Source of the DNA: Octopus vulgaris
Taxonomy: Eukaryota
Reading direction: 5' to 3'
DNA: 64,000 nucleotides
NCBI GenBank assembly: GCA_951406725.2
Contig: OX597831.1
Coordinates: forward strand, 61,690,001-61,754,000
Below the pieces are notes generated by a model. That model did not search any database. It was not told where the DNA came from and saw only the letters and a program-made list of their open reading frames with translations. This document shows positions 38,300-51,030 of the stretch, one piece after another (position 1 is the first letter of the stretch; each line of letters starts with the position of its first letter). Made by a program: the position numbers and the translations under genes.

Positions 38300-38505
38300 C
38301 GTTGGGCTCACAATCATAATGAAGAGAGTTCCATTCTCAGACCAGGCTCTGTGTTATGTTCTTGAGCAAGACACTTTATTTCATGTTACTCCAGTTCACT
38401 CAGCTGCAGAAATGAGCATGAGCAACTGCTGGTCTTCCACAAACAATCTTGCTTGGACTTGTGCATCGGAGGGGAACTGTCTAGGTGCAATCTCATAGTC
38501 ATTGA
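38300..38505 (+). mobile_element. SINE family C, internally deleted
   Basis: TTCTTGAGCAAGACACTTTATTTCA..CTCAGCTGCAGAAATGAG. Confidence 0.8.
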
Positions 38506-38856
38506 TATACCTGTATTTGTCTATGTACACATATATACACACATATATACGATATATTAATATTTCACTTATGCATAAGGATTCTAATAACCTAGTGTTA
38601 GAACACAATATACATATTCAGAATAAAGTGTTAGTAGAGTACAGAGAGTATTATGAAATTAAATATATGACCAGGCAATAAGAATTTCGAAATATACTTA
38701 CATTAGCTTACAGTTGTTTCGGCAGTGCACTCAGAGTTGAGGGCTCGTGCATTGCATCCCTTCATGCATTCCTATAATGAAGTTGATTATGTAATTCCAG
38801 TTCCCTTGTCATTGATCTAATTTCCTATTACTGTCATTACTTGCTTCATGCCTTGT

Positions 38857-38891
<35 letters not shown>

Positions 38892-38939
38892 CATACATAC
38901 ATGCATACATACATACATACATACTTACATACATACATT

Positions 38940-38967
<28 letters not shown>

Positions 38968-38970
<3 letters not shown>

Positions 38971-39360
38971 GTGGCCTGGGAGTGAAGTTTGCAATGGCAA
39001 CTCTTTGGATGTCCTCCTGGAAAACTTCATCACCAAAACGAGCGAGAATAGAAAAATTTTTGGAATTGGCAACTGTTTTGGGACTGACAACTTGCTCTGC
39101 TATGTTAGAGGCCTTGCAATGAGGATTATCTTCTTTACAAAGTGAAGAGTCCAGTCAGAGGGCTCTGGTCGACGTGGGTGAGGTGATGTGAACTCCTTCC
39201 CATCTTTGATGAACTGCTCAATCACTTTGTTAACTGTAGAAAGCAGGATCCCACGGTTTTCTGTGATTTTATTCAAAGCCCACATTCAAATTGACCCACA
39301 ATATGGCTTCTTTGAAATTCGGACAGTTCCAATGCTTCTTTTGTATGTGGCATGATTAAA
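38968..39360 (-). mobile_element. Tc1-like transposase N-terminal fragment
   Basis: HTH-like LSTVNKVIEQF..G..TSPHPRRP..RTL-type remnant. Confidence 0.5.
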
Positions 39361-39446
39361 CAGTAAAATATGTCAATTTATGAAAAAATATAAACCTTTT
39401 CAAGTTAATATAAACCTAAAACAGTTCTATTTACTTCTGTCATGTC

Positions 39447-39522
<76 letters not shown>

Positions 39523-39588
39523 TATATATATATATATATAATATAAGTATAAGAATGTGCATTGTCAGTTTAATTAAAAAATTCTATA

Positions 39589-39675
39589 TGTGGCTGAAGA
39601 TTGCTCGACATTTTAAAACTGATGTAATACTTACAGTGTTTGATAAAATGAAGTAGCATGAAACACTTGTACTAC
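39589..39675 (+). ncRNA. Type I hammerhead ribozyme with long stem II
   Basis: TGTGG-CTGAAGA-TTGCT..CATTTT..AAAC..TGTAA TAC TTACA..GTTT..AAAATG..AGCAT-GAAA-CACTTG-TA-CACA; unit bounded by (TA)n on both sides. Confidence 0.75.
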
Positions 39676-39706
39676 ACTACCTTGGATATCTTTGTTGCTT
39701 ATTTTG

Positions 39707-39754
<48 letters not shown>

Positions 39755-40090
39755 TATACACATACCTATATACATACATATAATTTTAATGTTGAGGCTG
39801 CTTTTGTTCAGTGACATACCTTTCTAGGGATTTTGGTGGGGTTTCTCTATTTTTGTTCTTCTTACTTTGTGAAGAAACCTAACTTCAAGCAACTTTTTAC
39901 TGACCAATTTTTCAACACTTTTTTTAAAGTCTGGGAAAGGTAAGTAGAGGTGCAATATTGAATTTTGTAACCCCGACAAAATTTTAGGGGAGTGCAAGTG
40001 CACCCACTGCACCCCTGTTCCTGGGCCCGCGTATACACACACACATATGCACACATGCAAATATAGATATGAAACTAACATATACAAATA

Positions 40091-40301
40091 TAGAAGGTGG
40101 GCCAAAATTCAGACGCAAAATAAGTTCAATGTTCTCCAGAATCGTTCAAAGACACACTTCAATTTTTCTAAAATCGCATAGAGTAAATAAAAACAATGAT
40201 GCATACACACATACTTATACATGATAAACAAAAGGAATAATAATGACAACAAAACTAAAATGTCAAATGTTTTGGTGCATAACTTTTGGCCCACCCGGTA
40301 T
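40091..40301. mobile_element. Tc1/mariner-type MITE
   Basis: TIR-like AGGTGGGCCAAAA / TTTTGGCCCACCCGG with TA flanks. Confidence 0.55.
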
Positions 40302-40884
40302 ATACAGATAACAATAGGCGTATTGAGCACTTTAGTGTCTATTTACTTCAGAATTCATTTTCTTAATGCATTTTGACGAAATAATTATTTTCACACCTCC
40401 AAATATTGATTTTTTTCCCTAACTTACCATTGTAGTCTTGTGGGATATATACCCCTGAATGTTGATAGGTTGTTCAGTAAATTTAAATATCTTGGTGCTT
40501 GACTGTTGCTAGTAGACTTCATTTGAATAAACTCCTGATTATGTTATTCCTTTATGTCTACAACACATCTGGCCGGGCTGCTTGCAGGGCCAGTTTGGTT
40601 ACAGGAGCACTTTTCTGTTTCCTAGGGGTATTGCAATTTATATTGATTTATATGTATGCTCTGAAATATTTTCTTTTTACTCTTGTATATAACAAAATTG
40701 TTTGTTTCATTGAGATCTCCTGTAGCTACTTTGGAAATGATTTTCTCATTATACTTTGATGAACACATATAAAGAAAATAAGGAAGAGAAGAAAGGAAGG
40801 ATTGATTGATGGATGGACGTGTGTGTTTTGATTATGCAGTGTCATGGCAATACCAATAGTCAGATTTTAGGAATTAGTATACTT

Positions 40885-41112
40885 GGCGAGCTGGCAGAAC
40901 CGTTAGCATGCCGGGCGAAATGTGTCACCGTATTTCATCTGCCGTTACGTTCTGAGTACAAATTCCGCTGAGGTCGACTTTGCCCTTCATCCTTTCAGGG
41001 TCGATAAATTAAGTACCAGTTGCGCACTGGGGTCGATGTAATCGACTTAATTCGTTTGTCTGTCCTTGTTTGTCCCCTCTATGTTTAGCCCCTTGAGGGT
41101 AATAAAGAAACA
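40885..41112 (+). mobile_element. SINE family B
   Basis: GGCGAGCTGGCAGAACCGTTAGC head through TAATAAAGAAA tail. Confidence 0.9.
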
Positions 41113-41514
41113 TATATTCCACATTATTAAGTGGGGAAGATGTGATTTGTGTGATGTTTTCCACTCTAGGCACTTATATGAAGCAGCAAGTCAGTATAGA
41201 GTGTATTATTAATTCATATACGAATGGAAAAAGAACAGGAGCTGTAATTATACTTTTATTAGCTTACAGCTGTTTCTGTCATATGAACCCATGCAGCCAG
41301 ATTTGAGCAGACGTATGACAGCTTATACTTAACTGAGAACAATTCCAGTTTATAAGCCTTATCAATAGGTGTCATTGATTAAAGATAATGTCTTTATGAG
41401 CAGGTCGATTCTCTAGGTTTTATTCCTGTATTCAGACGCTGCCTGATAATTTATGTTATGCATACAAAAGAAATCAATATTGATAAGCACACATTGCATT
41501 GTAAATTGTATATA

Positions 41515-41650
41515 TGCGCAGGAGTGGGTGTGTGGTAAGAAGCTTGCTTCCCAACCACATGGTTGTAGGTTCAATCTCATTGCGAAGCACCATGGGCAAG
41601 CCTTGTGAGTGGATTTGCTAGACAGAAACTGAGAGAAGCCTGTTGTATAT
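41515..41650 (+). mobile_element. SINE family A 5' part
   Basis: GCGCAGGAGTGGGTGTGTGGTAAGAAGC head. Confidence 0.8.
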
Positions 41651-42229
41651 GTATATGTAAATATAATGAGAGGGAGTGAGAGAATGTAATAGCAATGAGA
41701 GAAAGGAAACGGCAGAGAGCACGTCATGTATCTTCTGTTTTTCTCCATCACAACATACGAATGAGAAAGGAAGAGGCAATAGATGAATAATGAAAGGGGG
41801 GGGGAAGTCAGTGTTTCAACTCTGTGTGAGTGTGTGTGTGTAAAAGGGAGGTATGTGAATGTTTGTGTATGTGTGTATGCAATGGAAATGGAATGGTGAA
41901 TGTTCAATGATGAAAAGAAAAATCAAACAGCATTTCAACTCTGAGTAATATTTGTGTATGTGTGTGCATGTAGAAGGGAAGTAAGTGAATGTATGTGAAC
42001 AGTGACAAGTGTATTAATTTGATTTACCATCCATATCTTCTACTATAATAATACTCCATCACAACATATGAATGCGATAGGAAGGGGTGATAAATGAATA
42101 AGGAAGGGAGGGGTGATGGCAAATTTTGTAGTGGGATGATGGAATTTCTATGGTGAATAAAAAAAGTCAGCACTTCAACTCTGCATGAGTATATGTATGT
42201 GTATATAAAAGGGAATATGAATGTGTGCG

Positions 42230-42714
42230 TGTGTGGTTGCAGAAATTGTCTGACAGCATTGATTGGATTCTCTTGCTTGTGTCATATGGTGCAGACTCCT
42301 GTTGCCAGACATAGGGTCTTCCAGCTGTCACCCTCTTGAACCAGGGCAGCACAACCTCCTCCAGGTGCTTGATGGAAGTGTCTGCATTGAGTCTGAGGCC
42401 TTGTAGAAGATGAATGGAGGTATAACATCGCCATCAGTAGTGATCATTCCAAACTCCATGATGTTGACTGGATGTTTGATTTTTATCACTTTCAGTACAT
42501 GTTCTCAGATTGTACTGTCTTCAGACTGACACCCAAACAAACTTAAATGTCTGTGTTGTAGCTTCTGGTGCAAATGCCAAATAGTACAGCATGTCGTTTC
42601 CAAATTGCTGGCAGAGTAAATTGCATCATGGTGCTGTTTTCCTCTCAGACGGTGCCCAACTGACCCTACCATACTGTATATAAAATATTGACATTTTACA
42701 CATCCCACCCTGTA
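42230..42714 (-). mobile_element. Tc1/mariner superfamily (DD37D/maT-like) deleted element
   Basis: KHPVNIMEFGMITTDG...EEVVLPWFKRVTAGRPYVWQQESAP; left end TA-CAGGGTGGG. Confidence 0.7.
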
Positions 42715-42735
42715 CACACACAAACATATATATAT

Positions 42736-43018
42736 AAAACAAAATAGAATGAAAAACTACAGACTTGTATGGTTAAAAACTATATTAAAATCGTCATGTT
42801 ATGAAAATGTTATAAAATTTTGTATATAGTGATATTGTTTTTGGAGAAATAACCGGTCTCACCTTTTCTTTTCGAATTTCTCAAATCTCTTTACTGATGT
42901 CGTGTCATCTTTTTGCTAAGGTGTGATGTAGAAGAGTTTCAAACAGGGGGAGGTAATTGGGTATTTTTTAACCATATAATACAAGTCTTCTGTAGTTTTT
43001 TTCATTCTATTTTGTTTT
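42736..43018. repeat. Short element with inverted ends of about 45 bp, between TA tracts
   Basis: AAAACAAAATAGAATGAAAAACTACAGACTTGTATGGTTAAAAA (42736-42779) with inverted copy at 42965-43018. Confidence 0.75.
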
Positions 43019-43059
43019 TTATACATCCAACCATGTGCTTTCACATACCAACTTTCTCA

Positions 43060-43201
<142 letters not shown>

Positions 43202-43268
43202 GACAGAGAGATAGAGAGACAGAGACAGAGAGACAGACAGACAGATAGACAGATAGATAGATAGACAT

Positions 43269-43331
<63 letters not shown>

Positions 43332-43514
43332 TTTAATTATCTCGATAGTTGACAGTCTGTAGTTAACTTAATTTGAGTAAATTCTTGATCTAGTTATTCA
43401 CTTATGATGTTAATTAATCTGGTTGGGTTGCTTGCAGGGCTAGTTTAGTTACAGTAAAGCTTATACGAGCAGGTGTGGGTCTGTGGTACGAAATTTGCTT
43501 CCAAACCACATGGT

Positions 43515-44640
43515 AAATCTATGTCTTGCAAAAATAGTTACACCAAAAATAAGGTAACTAATACTAAAACCATTTGGTTAATTATTCCATACGGGAGATT
43601 AATTAAATCTAATCTTCCTTTGCAGTTTCGTGAAGCTATTATTAGGAATTTTCCAAAGAATTCTAGGTATTACTCTATTATCAACTCACACACGCTTAGG
43701 ATTGTTTTTTCCAACACAAAAAATCTCTTACAAATTATCTCTTAACATAATATTAACCAGTTAACTATTGATACAATTACTATTACCAACATTAATTTAG
43801 CTAATACCATCCATCACCCCTAGGAATATTAATATCAAGGTTATTGTACTGAAGTCAATTACAACAGAATCAAGTTTATGTCAAATAACTCTAAAATTAA
43901 AAATTCTATATACCAGTGTAAAATTACTACTAGTAATGAAGTTCTTTTTATATAGGAAGCACATCTCAGTTATCTAAAATAATTTCTAATCATTACTCTA
44001 CATTTAGTGATAGGAATAAACGTAACAGTACATGGCTTAGTAAATTAACTTGGTATCTAAAAGACCACAATAAACTATTTAATTTAGATTGGTTGATTCT
44101 CTCAATCTCGATACCTGTAATTCTGAACTATTTTTTATTCTTTATTCTTTTTTCTAAAACCCCTTATAAACACGGTTATAGAGCGTGCATACCGATGTAA
44201 ACATTGGTAGAAACACACCTTTAGTTCACATAAGTGATATCTATCATTATATATAATTTAAACATTAATTTTCTTCTTACATTTTACATTCATTAGATAT
44301 ATCTTTTTCCAAGTCTATATGGTATTATTTAATATACATATAGTCATATACTTCTCATTTATTTAGTTTTTCTTTCCTTTATCCCTCCTCTTTCTATAGG
44401 ATACCTTTCTATAGGATATCCTATAACGTTTGTTTGAAACAATCTTAGTAGCGTTCGTTAATCACTATACATATCCATCATTTTGAGTTAAAATGTCTTA
44501 TAGATGAGTTTCATTGATTCACTTCCCTGAAGAGAAGATTACATTGCTTTACACCATTTTATTCCTTTGGAATAAACCAGTGATATCTTCAAAACATGTG
44601 TCGGAAGTAAAAGAACCTGAATAACACCTGCATTTAACTC
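43515..44640 (+). mobile_element. Decayed PLE 3' part (thumb, GIY-YIG, terminal repeat)
   Basis: IWLIIPY..FP.N..IINS.TLRI.FSN..N..QIIS*HN; SIYQC...FYIGST...NH.STF...STWLSKLTWYLK. Confidence 0.8.
44521..44608 (+). ncRNA. Type I hammerhead ribozyme at PLE 3' end (CpG-decayed)
   Basis: ACTTCC-CTGAAGA-GAAGAT...TTTATTCC TTT GGAATAAA...ATCTTC-AAAA-CATGTG-TC-GGAAGT; perfect 6-bp stems I and II; GAAA mutated to AAAA. Confidence 0.8.
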
Positions 44641-44641
44641 C

Positions 44642-44688
<47 letters not shown>

Positions 44689-44734
44689 CATACATACATA
44701 CATACATACATACATACATACATACATACATACA

Positions 44735-44915
44735 TTTATGTGTCTGTGTGTTTGTCCACCACCACCGGTTGACAATCAGGGATTGTGCGCTTATGTCCCC
44801 ATAACTTACTGGTTTCACAAAAGAGACTGTTGGAATGAGTACTAGGTTTTGAAAATAAGTACAGGAGTCGATTTGTTCAACTGAAATTCTTCACGGCGCT
44901 GCCCCAGCATGGCCA
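44735..44915 (+). mobile_element. SINE family A 3' half
   Basis: Diverged tail; a family A head fragment lies at 43468-43514. Confidence 0.75.
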
Positions 44916-44924
44916 TATATATAA

Positions 44925-44958
<34 letters not shown>

Positions 44959-45708
44959 ATATACAGAGAGAGACAGACAGACTGAGAGAGAGATACGTAC
45001 ATAAATGCACATACACATACATATTGAGTATGAGTGACGGAAGCAGTATCAATTCTGGTTGGCAATCTGCATATTCTACTTAACGTGGTTGCATTGTTAG
45101 TTCACTGTATTACGGCAGTATTCGCCTTGAGAAATTCTCTCATATATGTATGAATAGAATTTCACACATACATAAGTGTCGCCCGCACACACAAACAAAC
45201 ACACACACACAGATTCATATAGCTGCACATAACTATGTACACACAGACATCTATTTATATATATAGTCAATGGAACGACTGTGACGAGGCTTATCATTTG
45301 TTCATACGAAGCCATTTAAAGCTATAATATTCAAACTAAAGTAAAGTTTGCAACCCGAAGTCAAATTTCCTACTCGTGTAATTTAAGAAATTTTAGCAAC
45401 AAAACAAATAACTTTCCAGTTAACAATTTATTGGGCTTCTATAAAAGAACAACATAGAACTCTATACGTATTCATATAATTTGTTTTTATGAGGTTTTTG
45501 TTTGATGGAGTAGTTGCTGATTTTGTTGATGCTAAAGTTAGCATTCGAAAACTAATTTTATGTTTCTGCACAATTTCTGAGATTGTAATTAGTTAGCTTG
45601 AGAGGTCGCACAGTATGGACCAATTGATCGCAGCGTGACTGGTTATTCTAGAAAGGTCAAAGTTTACTGAGTAAAATAAGTAATAATACATTTGCTGTAG
45701 ATAATGTA

Positions 45709-46990
45709 TTGGGTTGTCCGGAAAGTTCGTGCCGATTTTTAAAGGCAAGAAAAAGATCAGTAAATACATGCCATTACATTTTTAATCAACCAAATATGAA
45801 CCATTTTGTTGCACAATGTGTCTTCATCTTTCCTTTAACTTGAAAATACCCTCTTCCCGGAACTGAGGTGGTTTCATGGCAAAGATTCATCAAGGCATCT
45901 TTTTACATCATCCAAGGAATTGACATTTTTACCATTAAGACCATTCTGCAGAGACCTGAATAAATAGAAATCCGAAGGAGCAATATCTGGTGAATATGGA
46001 GGGTGGGTATCACATCCCAGCTGAGCTGCAACAAGTTTTGTCTGGTTCCCAAAGAAACGTGCGGTCTTGCATTATCATGTTGGGAAACAACACCCTTCTT
46101 GTTGGCCAATTCTGGACGTTTCTCTTGAATTGCTGCTTTAAACTCGTCCAGTTGTGGGCAGTATTTCTCAGAATTAATTGTCTGGTTACTTGGGAGAAGC
46201 TCATAGTAGATAATTCCTTTCCAGTCCACCCAGACACAAAGCAAGACTTTTTTAGGGTTAAGACCCGCTTTTGAGGTGGCTAAGGGTAGCTCATGTCACT
46301 TACTCCAGGATCGCTTTCTCTGAACATTTCGGTAGATAATCCATTTCTCATCACCTGTCACAATTTGCTTTTAAAAAGCGCGTTTTCATTCCGTTTATAA
46401 AGCGAATCACAGATGGAAATGCGATCCAAAAGGTTCTTCTCACTCAACTCATGTGGTACCCAAACATCGCAGCGATTTGTGTACCCAAGCTTTACCAGGT
46501 GCTCATGAACGACGACGGATTTTGATAGGTTAAGGCTTCTGTCAATTCTCGGGTTGTACAATGTGGGTTATTCTCAATTAATGACTTGATTTGGACATCA
46601 TCTGTAGTGGGTGGTCTGCCTGATCGCTCTTTATCAATGAGGCTACAATCTCCAGCTCGGAACCTTGTGAACCACTTCCATACAGTTCTTTCAGATAAAG
46701 AAACATCACCGTAAACTGCGCATATTTCTTTGGTTGCTTGTGAGGCATTTTTTCCTTTACGGAAAAAGAAAAGCATCAAGCGCTGAAAAGGAACTTTCTT
46801 ATCTTCCATTTTAAAGGGTTACAGAATCAACACACGTTATAGGAACATTAACCTTCTTCCACGAAAAATAGCTTAAGCTGTGCTCTAAACGGAGGTGTAG
46901 TCAAATCCTATTTTATGGGCTCAACCATGTTCTAAAATAAGTCGAAAGTTAAACTACTATAAATCGGCACGAACTTTCCGGACAACCTAA
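45709..46990 (-). mobile_element. Full-length mariner (DD34D, mellifera-subfamily-like), transposase pseudogene
   Basis: About 30-bp TIRs TTGGGTTGTCCGGAAAGTTCGTGCCGATTT; TA/TG flanks; MEDKKV..FRKGKNASQA, WVPHEL, TGDEKW, HDNARPH, SPDIAPSDFYLF split by frameshifts. Confidence 0.95.
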
Positions 46991-47530
46991 TGTATATGAT
47001 ACATTTTAAACCAAAATTAAAAACAGTGGAGCTCATTCAGGTTTACAAAATCCTATTTTTATTTTCTTGATATTGTTTAAGCCCAGAGCTTTCCTCGTTG
47101 AAGGAATCTAGAATTAAAGACGTTCCAGCTATGACAATCTCACCTTTATAGTTTTTAAACATGTAGCAAAAATCAGTTTGGTATTTTGAAGGATGAGCAA
47201 TTATCGCCCATATCGTCTTTAAATCTTATCTTAAAGACAGTTTGTTGAATTGGTATCGTTAATTAATAACTACGAGTAATATACTATCATCAATGCAGTC
47301 AATCCATTATCTTATCTGAATACAAAATACTGTATAGATTTCGAAGTAAAAATCACTATACATATCTCTTACATTGAGTGTCATTGATCAGAGATAACAA
47401 TTTTGTAAGCCAAGTTGATGATCTGTTTTGTTCACTTATTGAGTCACTGTCTTGTAATTTACATACAGCATACGGAAGAAATCAATATTCTAAAACACTG
47501 ATTTTATTGATAATTCTAAGTACATATATG

Positions 47531-47591
<61 letters not shown>

Positions 47592-47644
47592 GTGTGTGTG
47601 TGAGTATATTTTTGTGTGCATGTGTACATATTGGATTGTTTTAT

Positions 47645-47989
47645 TACTCTTTTATTTGTTTCGGTCATTTGACTGTGGCCATGCTGGGGCACCGCCTTGA
47701 AGGGTTTTACTTGAGGAAATCAACACCAGGATTTATTTTTTAAAAACCCTTGTACTTATTCTATCGGTATCTTTTACTGAACAGCTAAGTTACGGGGACG
47801 TAAACAAACCAAGACCGGTTGCCAAGCGATGGTGAGAAGACAAACACGCGCACACACACACACAAACACACGCATACGAGTTTCTTTCAGTTTCCACCTA
47901 GCAAATTCATTTACAAGGTTTTGGTCGGCACGAGGCTATAGTTGAAGACATTTGTTGAAGGTGTCACGCGGTGGAACTGAACCCAGAAC
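47645..47989 (-). mobile_element. SINE family A
   Basis: Reverse complement of family A; head truncated by a PLE. Confidence 0.85.
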
Positions 47990-48807
47990 ATAGCTTTGTC
48001 ACACAACATGAAAAGCAACATACTGATAGCAGACTTAGGGTAATGAACAACGTGTCCCTTCTATGCGAAACCTATGAAACAAAGAAACATTTACAGAACT
48101 TTATGCACCGCATGCAGTTCTCTGGATTTGACCAGAAAGACAGGGTTTAGGTATACAGGGAAGCTAAAAAGAAGTTAGATAACATTGTATGTCCCGAAAC
48201 CAGTGGTACCTGCCCTAGGCACAGAAGTAAAGACTGGAATAGGATACAGAGAGTTTGTGACAAAGCAAACAAGGTGACAAGACTGACAAATATCAAACAG
48301 TGATGTTTGTAGTGGTCACAGCTCATAGAGAACTAGTCTGAAGATTTAGGAAAGCTCTGAAGGAAGCCAAACTCAATATTAAGATCGTTGAAAAGCCAGG
48401 GAGCTCCATCAAACCACAACTTTGTAGGATGTACCCCTGTGTGAATGCATGCACCAATGATAACTGCGTGGTATGTAAGATTAACCCTGGCATTAACTGT
48501 AGACTTAGAAATGTAGTCTATAGCATTAGATGCATAGAAGGTGCTTGTAAAGACAGGAACATGGTATACATGGGTGAGACATCTAGACGCATTGTGGAGA
48601 GACTTAATAGACATTTGAGACAATATGACGAAAAAACAGTCCTCCATACTCCAGCAACATGTCAAAGACCAACATGGAGGTACTCGGGGTCAACTTGCAT
48701 CTATCCGAATTTTATCCAAACACCCGAAGCACCCAACACTCAGACAAGTACAGGAGTACATCCTCATAAATGAAATATCCCCAGTACTAAATAGGAAATA
48801 TGCGTAG
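47990..48807 (+). mobile_element. PLE C-terminus with Cys-rich linker and GIY-YIG endonuclease
   Basis: C..C.NDNCVVC...NCRLRNVVYSIRC..C...VYMGETSRRIVERLNRH / SILQQH...RQVQE.ILI....PVLN; one frameshift near 48633. Confidence 0.9.
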
Positions 48808-50456
48808 AAGGTAGTCATACCTCAATACCAACAGTTTATATATACACATGTAGAGTTGTTGTAGGCTGTTATGTAGACGTGTATATATTTATACATAAAC
48901 AGATAGATAAATAGATAGATAAGTGCATAGGTAATGGGGATAGACAAGCACACACACATGCATAAACAAATGAAGACTGAAACACATGACCATATACACA
49001 TAGAACACTCAAATATGCACACACAAAGAGACAGAAACACACAAATACACACACATACAAATACATAATCATGAACATACAAACACATGAATATCCAGAA
49101 TACATACAAGCATACACACACGCATACATAGATATATGCATACACACATACATACATACATACATACACGCATACATAGATATATGCATACATACATTCT
49201 CTTATGAGAAACATTGTGCTGGAGTGGTGGGGGGAGCATGAATGCCAGGGATCAACACTGTCATCCCCTTTGATATTATAAGCATATATAAAGCAGATAC
49301 AAATAAGAAATCCCCGTCCACCCAAAAACCTGACTCGTACAGTTTTTGACGAGATCTATTAGGATAAAATCCGGGCCGGCCCTGGATAAAAGGCAAAGTT
49401 TACCTTCATTGGGTTCGAATTCAGAATGTAAGTGTAATGCGTTGTATCGAATGCCCTAACGAATCTGCCAATTAATCGCCCGAATCTTGAGTGAGATTAA
49501 ATTGATATGTCTTCAAAGTAGGCGAGCAACTAAGTTAGAGAAGCATCGCTGTATCGTTCACTTAACTCAGTTATTTATGAATGTATGAATTTCCATACAT
49601 GTGAAATAGTATTGTCAGTGATAGCCAAACATTTCATGAATTAATGATTCTGCAGTGGTCTGTCACTTACTATAAGCTTATGTAACTTGTTGCCGTCAAT
49701 TTCTCCGTCATAATGCCATTATTAAGTTAGTCAACGTTTTATATCTCTTCCTATCTCTCTTTCTATGTTTCTTTACATCTCTGTTTCTCTATTTCATTCA
49801 TTCCTCCATCAGTTTGTCTACATTTTTCTCTCTATTCCGTTTCTTTTCTTATTCAAATACAGCTCGAGGTAACGTCGTTGCTCGCCGCCAAGAAATAACG
49901 GTCAAATCTCTTTTAAAGCACTTTGAAAAATTCATTACAAGTTGAACATTTAACGAGAAAAAAGATAGAATAGTTATGGCTGTTATACTTTTGATCTTAT
50001 ATCTGTTCGTTCATAATTCAATTAATCTTTGAAACTAAGAGGTCTTGTCTTTACACGATTGGTGCTGTCTTACCGTAGGAATCTCTTTGGATCTCCCGTC
50101 TTTCATCTCTAAACACGAAAGATGCTGTAGTAATAATTTTATTTTAGCACGTGGCCAACAGTTTTAAAGGACGAAGTTTAGTCGATGCCACCAACTCCTG
50201 TTGGTGATTTGAAATCAGAAAGAAAATATCCGGAATAAATACCTGTAAGCAGTCTTAGAGTAGTCATTCTGTTAACCTAGCCTTACCCCAGAGAAATTAT
50301 GACAATAAATACAAGAAAAACCTCGTTATATTCTGCTAATACATTGCCAAAACTCATTTCAAATATATAGACAAAACTTAGAATTTGAGCGGAGAGGAGG
50401 AGCCGATTATATTGATCCAGTTATTGTTTAATTCTTGCTCAGTGTTGATCAAATAC

Positions 50457-50507
50457 TTGATACATGGTCATAGTTGATACATGGTCATAGTTGATACATG
50501 GTCATAG
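50457..50507. repeat. 17-bp tandem repeat, 3 copies
   Basis: TTGATACATGGTCATAG x3. Confidence 0.95.
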
Positions 50508-50616
50508 CCGCTCTACCCTTTATAATCCTTCTCTTTATGAAGTGCTTTTATTTTTATATCGGGAAATATCCATCATGTCATTCATTACAATTGTGTGTGA
50601 TTTGGTTACTATTTTT

Positions 50617-51030
50617 GGAACTTTTCGGTTTGAACGGCAGTTTTTAAAAATAATTTCCCGTAACTAAACACTTTTAAACTTCGTATACTGGTAGAATGTG
50701 TTTATAAAACATCTTTTTCTCTTGGCTTTATTGAGAAAATTCTATAGTTTGTAAGATATTTGTTGTTTTTTTTCTTCAGTTTCTGCAATTTCAACCAACC
50801 ACTGACGTCCATTGAGGTAAACAACATTCTGTGCCGTATGAATATGTCTCTCGTTTAAGAAACAGATCGGGTTTATTTACATTCCTGAAGAAAAAAAGAT
50901 ACCCTTCCCTCCACCCCTAACCCTAATCCTAACTAACCCTAAAACAGATTGAAATGCAATAGATCGATTCTAGGGTCATAATTATATATCACACCGCTAG
51001 AAAAAACTGCCGTTCAAACCGAAAAGATCC
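50617..51030 (-). mobile_element. Merlin-like telomeric MITE (copy 2)
   Basis: TIRs GGAACTTTTCGG.. / ..CCGAAAAGATCC; TSD CTATTTTT/CTATTTGT. Confidence 0.85.
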
